Positions 57,923-64,000 of a stretch of 64,000 nucleotides of DNA are shown in pieces; within the stretch, counting starts at the first letter, position 1, and every line of letters begins with the position of its first letter. The position numbers and the translations under genes are program-made. The stretch is from Kiritimatiellia bacterium. GTDB lineage: Bacteria > Verrucomicrobiota > Kiritimatiellia > RFP12 > DVOR01. Below the pieces are notes generated by a model. The model searched no databases and had not been told where the DNA came from. It saw nothing but the letters and a program-made list of their open reading frames with translations. The stretch spans positions 1,159 through 65,158 of the forward strand of contig JAFYWN010000023.1 in assembly GCA_017558005.1 (NCBI GenBank), read 5' to 3'.

Positions 57923-59218
57923 TTAGGCTTTCGGCCAGAAACGGTCTGCCATCTTGGAGGGAATACCCGTTTCCATCGGTTCAAAGCACGTGGCGAGGAT
58001 TTGCCATCCGAGGTCAAGAGCCTGTTCCAACGGGATATTCACGGAGAGGTCCATCATCTTCTCTTCGAAGAGTGCACCATAACGCAAAAGCTTACGGTCC
58101 CATTCACTCATACGGAAGCCCATGGACTGCTTTTCTGCGGCATCCTTGTACTGGGCGTAGAGCTTAATCATAGCATCCATGATGGTGCGATGATCTTCAC
58201 GGGTATCCTTATTCACCTGCTGCTTCAGACGCGAGAGCGAACCGAAGGGTTCAATGCGGCCATTGCGGAGATAGAACTGACCTTCGGTGATGTAACCGGT
58301 GTTGTCCGGCACGGGGTGGGTCACGTCATCGCCAGGCATGGTCGTCACCGCAAGAATGGTGATGGAGCCTGCGCCTTCGAAGTCAACCGCCTTTTCATAA
58401 CGTGCGGCCAACTGCGAATAGAGGTCGCCAGGATAACCACGGTTGGACGGGATCTGTTCCATCGTGATGGCGATTTCCTTCATCGCATCGGCGAAGGAGG
58501 TCATATCCGTCAACAGCACGAGCACGCGCTTGCCCTTGAGGGCGAACTGTTCTGCCACAGCGAGCGAAACGTCCGGCACGAGCATACATTCCACCACGGG
58601 GTCTGCTGCGGTGTGCACGAACATCACCGTACGGGAAAGTGCACCAGACGCATCAAGCGTATCACGGAAAGCGAGGTAGTCGTCGTGCTTCAAGCCCATA
58701 CCACCGAGGATGATGATATCGACTTCTGCCTGCAGGGCGATACGTGCGAGCAAGTCATTGTAGGGTTCACCTGCGCGAGCGAAGATGGGGAGCTTCTGGC
58801 TTTCGACGAGCGTATTGAATACGTCAATCATCGGAATGCCCGTGCGAACCATGTTACGCGGGATAATACGCTTAGCAGGGTTCACAGAGGGCGTACCAAT
58901 GTCGGTGGCATTCATGGTCAATTCAGGACCATTGTCACGCGGCTTAGCAGAACCCGTAAAGACGCGGCCGAGCAATTCATCGCCGAAGGGCACCTGCATC
59001 GGGTGACCCAAGAAGCGCACCTGAGCATCGGTCGCAATACCACGTGCACCAGCAAAGACCTGAAGCGTCACTTCATCGCCGGCAAGCTTAATCACCTGTG
59101 CGAGCGAGGTTCCCGTGCGAGAATCAATTTCCGCAAGCTCTTTATTGCGCACACCATCGGCGCGCAAGGTCACAACAGAACCGGAAATGTTGTCAATCTG
59201 ATGGTAGAGCTTATGCAT
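57923..59218 (-). CDS. atpB: V-type ATP synthase subunit B
   Basis: [38 protein letters not shown]. Confidence 0.95.
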   Translation of the reverse strand: MHKLYHQIDNISGSVVTLRADGVRNKELAEIDSRTGTSLAQVIKLAGDEVTLQVFAGARGIATDAQVRFLGHPMQVPFGDELLGRVFTGSAKPRDNGPELTMNATDIGTPSVNPAKRIIPRNMVRTGIPMIDVFNTLVESQKLPIFARAGEPYNDLLARIALQAEVDIIILGGMGLKHDDYLAFRDTLDASGALSRTVMFVHTAADPVVECMLVPDVSLAVAEQFALKGKRVLVLLTDMTSFADAMKEIAITMEQIPSNRGYPGDLYSQLAARYEKAVDFEGAGSITILAVTTMPGDDVTHPVPDNTGYITEGQFYLRNGRIEPFGSLSRLKQQVNKDTREDHRTIMDAMIKLYAQYKDAAEKQSMGFRMSEWDRKLLRYGALFEEKMMDLSVNIPLEQALDLGWQILATCFEPMETGIPSKMADRFWPKA

Positions 59219-60953
59219 GAGGAGCCTCCGTTACGAGCTTGAGCACTGCGGCGCGACGGGTGTCATAATCGGCGCCGCCCATAGGGGTGTTGTTCCAGTC
59301 GATGAATGCCTGCTGCAGCTGGAGGAAGGCATGACGCGCTTCACCCTTGTCTGTGTAAGCATAGGTTTCATTCACCACAGTCTCGAGCACATCAAACGAT
59401 GCCTTCTGACGATCGACCGAACTGCTTGCATCCACGTCATTGAAGGCGTTCTGCTGCAGATACACCGCATCAATCAATTCCTTCTTGAGGAACATGACGA
59501 AGTCTTCCATGGCGGTACCTTCTTCACCGACCACCTTCATCATCTGTTCGACGTCTGCACCCTTACGCAAGATGGCACGGAGATTTTCCACACGATTCTG
59601 CTCGATGACCGAGCGATACTTGCTCCAAGAGTCCAAGGGGTCAATTGCAGGGAAGCGGCGCGCATCGGAACGTGCACGGGAGAGACCATGGAATGCACCC
59701 ACCACCTTCAACGTTGCCTGCGTCACAGGTTCGTCGAAGTTACCACCTGCAGGGGAGACCGTGCCACCGATGGTGACCGAGCCAATTGAACCATCCTTCA
59801 GACGGACACGACCAGCGCGTTCGTAGAAGCCTGCGATCACCGATTCAAGGTAAGCCGGGAAGGCTTCGTCACCAGGAATTTCTTCCAAGCGGCCCGACAT
59901 TTCACGGAGTGCCTGTGCCCACCGCGACGTGGAGTCTGCGAGCAAGAGCACATTTAGGCCCATCTGGCGATAGTAGCCCGCCAAGGTCACCGCCGTGTAC
60001 ACCGAAGCTTCACGAGCGGCCACAGGCATCGACGAGGTGTTACAAATAATCACCGTACGGTCCATGAGCGTGCGGCCCGTCTTGGGGTCGGTCAACTCAG
60101 GGAATTCACGCAGAGTTTCCACCACTTCACCTGCACGTTCACCGCAAGCTGCCACAATCACGATATCCACGTCTGCATACTGGGAGGTCTGGTGCTGAAT
60201 CACCGTCTTGCCTGCGCCGAAGGGACCTGGCACGCAGTACGTACCACCCACTGCGACGGGGAAGAAGGTGTCCACAGAACGAATACCCGTGGAGAGCGTT
60301 TCGGTCGGACGCAGACGTTCTGCATAGCAGTTAATCGGCAACTTCACCGGCCACTTCTGCATCAACTTCACTTCGCGTTCATTCCCCTGAGCATCCGTCA
60401 CAATGGCGACCGTGTCTTCCACTGTGTAGGAGCCTGCGGGCATCACCTGCTTCACCGTGTACACGCCACGCCAGGCAAAGGGAATCATAATGCGGTGCGT
60501 ATAGACACCTTCTGGCACAGTACCAACCGTTTCGCCTGCGGTCAAACGATCGCCCACGGCTGCCTTCGGGGTAAATTCCCACTTGGCCACACGGTCAAGC
60601 GAAGGCAAGTAGGTGCCGCGCTGCAAGAAGAAGCCGCACTGTTCTGCCAATTCAGGAAGCGGATTCAGCAAACCGTCGTACACGCGACCGAGCAAACCAG
60701 GACCCAATTCTGCGGCAAGCATGTCACCCGTAAAGTCCAGCACATCGCCCACCTTTAAGTCGCGCGTGTCTTCGAAGACCTGAAGATCTGCCACACCGTC
60801 ACGAATACGGACGATTTCACTCATCAGCCGCAACGTGCGGTCGCCGTCGGGAATGCACGCATATCCGACTTCGTTCTGCGCCACGGCACCGGTGAAAGCC
60901 ACCGTAATCATGTTGCCGTTGACGCCTGTCACTTTGCCTGTTGTTTTTTCCAT
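59211..60953 (-). CDS. atpA: V-type ATP synthase subunit A
   Basis: [35 protein letters not shown]. Confidence 0.96.
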   Translation of the reverse strand: MEKTTGKVTGVNGNMITVAFTGAVAQNEVGYACIPDGDRTLRLMSEIVRIRDGVADLQVFEDTRDLKVGDVLDFTGDMLAAELGPGLLGRVYDGLLNPLPELAEQCGFFLQRGTYLPSLDRVAKWEFTPKAAVGDRLTAGETVGTVPEGVYTHRIMIPFAWRGVYTVKQVMPAGSYTVEDTVAIVTDAQGNEREVKLMQKWPVKLPINCYAERLRPTETLSTGIRSVDTFFPVAVGGTYCVPGPFGAGKTVIQHQTSQYADVDIVIVAACGERAGEVVETLREFPELTDPKTGRTLMDRTVIICNTSSMPVAAREASVYTAVTLAGYYRQMGLNVLLLADSTSRWAQALREMSGRLEEIPGDEAFPAYLESVIAGFYERAGRVRLKDGSIGSVTIGGTVSPAGGNFDEPVTQATLKVVGAFHGLSRARSDARRFPAIDPLDSWSKYRSVIEQNRVENLRAILRKGADVEQMMKVVGEEGTAMEDFVMFLKKELIDAVYLQQNAFNDVDASSSVDRQKASFDVLETVVNETYAYTDKGEARHAFLQLQQAFIDWNNTPMGGADYDTRRAAVLKLVTEAPHA

Positions 60954-60998
60954 TGAGAAACCTTACTGTTTAAATTGTTTCCGACTTCGCCAACGACG

Positions 60999-61529
60999 TT
61001 AAAGCGTCTGCGCGGGCAATGCCGCTTCCAATCGTTCAGCACCGACCGTCGCATCGCGCGCGGCCTTGTTCAATGCTAAGCGCAAGCGCACAGCATAGGC
61101 GAAAATCTGTCCTTTACTCATCGGGTCAAAGCCCGCGAGTTCATCTGCCGCCGTCCAGTAAACACGCATCAGCGCCTCTTCTCTGGCGAGTGGATCGGGT
61201 GCAGATTCAAATGCAGATGCCACCGAGCGCAACAGCCACACCGGACACGCCGTGGTCTCGGGTGCAGTGTAATTACCCACATTGCCACCGCGCTTCGCTA
61301 AGCGACGTTGGCCCACTGCGCCGGCAATTGCCGACTCAAGCGCGCGCCATTGGCATACATAAGGGTGATCCGAAGGTGCAGCATCGCCCGCGACCAAAAC
61401 GGCAGCCGCGGCGGCATCTTTTACAGAAAGTGCACTTTCACACGCCGAAACAAAGGCTTCCCGCGTTATTTGCGGAGCGCGATCCGGCGCGAGCATCGGA
61501 AGAGAGGCCAATAAATAGCCGAGGCTCAT
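60999..61529 (-). CDS. V-ATPase-associated DUF2764-like protein (subunit C-like)
   Basis: Position between E and A; YLLASLP N-terminal motif. Confidence 0.75.
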   Translation of the reverse strand: MSLGYLLASLPMLAPDRAPQITREAFVSACESALSVKDAAAAAVLVAGDAAPSDHPYVCQWRALESAIAGAVGQRRLAKRGGNVGNYTAPETTACPVWLLRSVASAFESAPDPLAREEALMRVYWTAADELAGFDPMSKGQIFAYAVRLRLALNKAARDATVGAERLEAALPAQTL

Positions 61530-61531
61530 AA

Positions 61532-62107
61532 TTAGTCCTTCAACAATTCCGCCAACTGCGGACGCAACAAGGCTGCCAAGGCATCCGTCACCGACGCGCC
61601 TGTGAAGTCATGCTCCACACGACCGCCAGCAAGCTTCACGCGGAAACCGGTGCCCATCTGTGCATCCGTCACCACGGTGACTTCCTTTTGTGCGGCGAGC
61701 TTCGTCTTGAGTGCCTTTGCCACATCAGGAGCAGCCACGACTTCTGCTGCACCGCCCTTAATGTAAGCAGTCACAGCGTCTGCCACAAGCTTTTCAACCA
61801 AGGGGCCTGCCTTCAGGCTTTCATCCACCGCACCGCCAAGCGTACGCTCCAAAAGCGCGGTAATATCCTGGCCCAACTTCAACAACACATCGCGAGCCGC
61901 CTGGCGAATCGTCGCCTCAGCGCCCTGTGCGGCGCGTTCTGCTTCTGCTTTGGCAGTGGCGAGTGCTGTTTCTGCTTCCTTCTTCGCAGCGGCGACAATT
62001 GCATCCGCATCGGCCTTAGCCTTGGCGAGAAGTGCGTCGGCTTCAGCCTTGGCGGCATCCACACCTTCGCTACGAATCTTGTTCAACAAAGCGTCCAAGT
62101 TTTCCAT
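61532..62107 (-). CDS. atpE: V-type ATP synthase subunit E
   Basis: L..LL.KI..EGV..AK.EA coiled coil, GFRV...DFT....L...LRP. Confidence 0.88.
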   Translation of the reverse strand: MENLDALLNKIRSEGVDAAKAEADALLAKAKADADAIVAAAKKEAETALATAKAEAERAAQGAEATIRQAARDVLLKLGQDITALLERTLGGAVDESLKAGPLVEKLVADAVTAYIKGGAAEVVAAPDVAKALKTKLAAQKEVTVVTDAQMGTGFRVKLAGGRVEHDFTGASVTDALAALLRPQLAELLKD

Positions 62108-62317
62108 AGTGCAGTTAAAACCTTTCTCAATCTATATTTTTATTCTATCACCTACCCCGTGACCACGCAAGAAAAAAAGAAAGTAGAGCTTTAATGCCTT
62201 TTAAAAACGCAAATAGGCGCACCTTAGTGATCCTAAAGCACGCCTGCTCATACAGAAATTAAAATGTGATACCTAAAAACAAAAAAATCGACCCTCTCAG
62301 GCCGATTTCCTTTTTTA

Positions 62318-62393
62318 TGGTAGGGGTGCACGGGCTCGAACCGTGGACCCAGTGATTAAGAGTCACTTGCTCTACCAACTGAGCTACACCCCC
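62318..62393 (-). tRNA. tRNA-Lys(CTT)
   Basis: Cloverleaf, CTT anticodon, CCA. Confidence 0.97.
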
Positions 62394-62405
62394 ATAAATG
62401 GAAAA

Positions 62406-62481
<76 letters not shown>

Positions 62482-62516
62482 TTTGGTAGATGTTTCTGCG
62501 GCGTTCCATCTCGGAA

Positions 62517-62592
62517 TGGTAGGGGTGCACGGGCTCGAACCGTGGACCCAGTGATTAAGAGTCACTTGCTCTACCAACTGAGCTACACCCCC
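62517..62592 (-). tRNA. tRNA-Lys(CTT), identical copy
   Basis: Identical to 62318-62393. Confidence 0.97.
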
Positions 62593-62601
62593 ATTAAGAG
62601 A

Positions 62602-62677
<76 letters not shown>

Positions 62678-62873
62678 ACGCTCAAAAACGGGGCATATTG
62701 TATCACTTTGAAATTTTCAATGCAAGCACTTTTTTTAACTTTTTTTATTTTTATTTAAATTCCCATTTCTGTTAAATAATCTTCCTCCTCCGATGACTTC
62801 TAATTCATCGACCGCCCAATCTAATCACGATTAATTAGCCACCCCCTCCTCGGCCAGATTCTTCCCCACAAAA

Positions 62874-62906
62874 CAAAAAAGCCTGCAAACAGCGTTTGCA
62901 GGCTTT
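62874..62906 (-). terminator. Terminator after tRNA-Thr
   Basis: AAGCCTGCAAAC/GTTTGCAGGCTT hairpin with T-run on minus strand. Confidence 0.75.
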
Positions 62907-62912
62907 GAAAAC

Positions 62913-62989
62913 TGGAGCCAACTGACGGAATCGAACCGACGACCTGCGCATTACGAATGCGCTGCTCTACCTAGCTGAGCTAAGTTGGC
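62913..62989 (-). tRNA. tRNA-Thr(CGT)
   Basis: Cloverleaf, CGT anticodon, CCA. Confidence 0.96.
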
Positions 62990-63249
62990 TTAACGTCCAC
63001 CATAATATCAAATTGACAGGTGGAGATGCAAGCACTTTTTTATCTTTCTGAAAATTTAAGAGAAAGTCTGCACCAAACGCGAGGTCGCTATTGTACAAAA
63101 GTGTACACAAAGTGAAATTTATCCGAAAAAAGTCCCACTTTATCTCTCAAATGAGGTATTATTATTAATAGTGTTGTTAACACCCCCTTTAAATCGGCTC
63201 TTTGAATAGAGCCACTCAACAGGCTAACCTTCATTAAAGGATACCAAAC

Positions 63250-64000
63250 ATGAAAATGACTAAATTCGTCGCATTGGCACTGCTTGCTTGTGCCACACTC
63301 GGCGGGCTGCACGCACAGTCCCTCTCCCAAGGTACTAAGGCTCATTGGGACAAGGGTACACTCGTTATTGAAACCCCTGCTCGCCCTGCCAATCAGAAGC
63401 ACGTTCTCGGCTTGGCACTTCCGAAGATGAAGACGGTCCGCGTGGCATTCGTGGGTCTCGGTATGCGTGGCCCTGGCGCTGTGGCTCGCTTCACGCACAT
63501 CCCTGGCGTTGAAATCGTCGCTCTCTGCGACTACGTCCCTGAACGCGCTGAAAAGTGCCAGAAGGATTTGCGTGCCGCCGGCTTGGCTCCTGCTGCCATC
63601 TATTCTGGCGCAGATGGTTATAAGGAACTCTGCAAGCGTGACGACATCGACTTGGTCTACGTCGCAGTGGACTGGATGAACCACTACCCTGTCGCCAAGT
63701 GCGCCATGGAAAATGGTAAGAACGTCGCTCTCGAAGTGCCCAGCGTGATGAACCTCGAACAGTGCTGGTCGCTCATCAACCTCGCAGAACAGAATCGCAA
63801 GCACTGCATGATTCTCGAAAACTGCTGCTATGACTGGTTCGAATTGGATGCTCTCAACATGGCTCAGAAGGGTGTCTTCGGTGAAGTGCTCTACGCTAAG
63901 GGCGCTTACATCCACAACCTTGATCCGTTCTGGGATTACTATTGGAGCAACCCCGCCGACGATCCGGATAAACTCGGCTGGCGCTTAAAGTACAACATGG
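63250..64000 (+). CDS. Gfo/Idh/MocA-family glycoside hydrolase, GH109-like (alpha-N-acetylgalactosaminidase), 3'-truncated; absent from ORF track
   Basis: Translated by hand: signal peptide, VRVAFVGLGMRG, DIDLVY, EVP, MILENCCYD, GAYIH. Confidence 0.88.
   Translation, partial: MKMTKFVALALLACATLGGLHAQSLSQGTKAHWDKGTLVIETPARPANQKHVLGLALPKMKTVRVAFVGLGMRGPGAVARFTHIPGVEIVALCDYVPERAEKCQKDLRAAGLAPAAIYSGADGYKELCKRDDIDLVYVAVDWMNHYPVAKCAMENGKNVALEVPSVMNLEQCWSLINLAEQNRKHCMILENCCYDWFELDALNMAQKGVFGEVLYAKGAYIHNLDPFWDYYWSNPADDPDKLGWRLKYNM

Noticed and set aside
57875-59242. 455-aa plus-strand ORF and other long antisense ORFs (14553-15668, 32946-33926, 56505-57476)
   Set aside because: Shadows of well-supported genes on the opposite strand, caused by codon bias
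63088-63915. 275-aa minus-strand ORF
   Set aside because: Antisense to the GH109 gene, which the track omits because it runs off the window edge

Overview
64-kb bacterial chromosome window, mostly housekeeping genes. Gene content and style suggest a PVC-superphylum anaerobe, possibly Kiritimatiellae/Lentisphaerae-like; that assignment is an inference. Contents: Vor-type 2-oxoacid:ferredoxin oxidoreductase, N-terminal-only PurH, RhlB-like helicase, rplM-rpsI, trmB, lepB, glf, nspC, a heavy-metal RND efflux system, ribD-surA-rsmA-nudC-murF, rpmE-prfA-djlA, argF-pyrB-rnhC-aroA-MATE, crcB-pnuC, a Na+-type V-ATPase operon, 9 tRNA genes and a GH109 gene. No integrase, transposase, Cas or RT gene was recognised. 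The strongest unexplained signal is non-coding. Two diverged ~500-bp modules (13441-13943 and 38982-39486) lie in inverted orientation 25 kb apart. Each conserves DnaA-box-like 9-mers (TTATCAACA), an IHF-like site, three 22-23-bp iteron-like repeats, an identical 34-bp core and an outward-facing sigma70 promoter, and each sits at a sharp local C-rich to G-rich strand-skew flip. Other highlights: an orphan divergent V-ATPase K (c-ring) paralog, a tandem riboswitch-like motif before marC, an attenuator-like leader before crcB-pnuC that is not a canonical fluoride riboswitch, two orphan structured RNAs sharing a hairpin, and a repeatedly duplicated flippase 3' end with a 41-bp palindrome.
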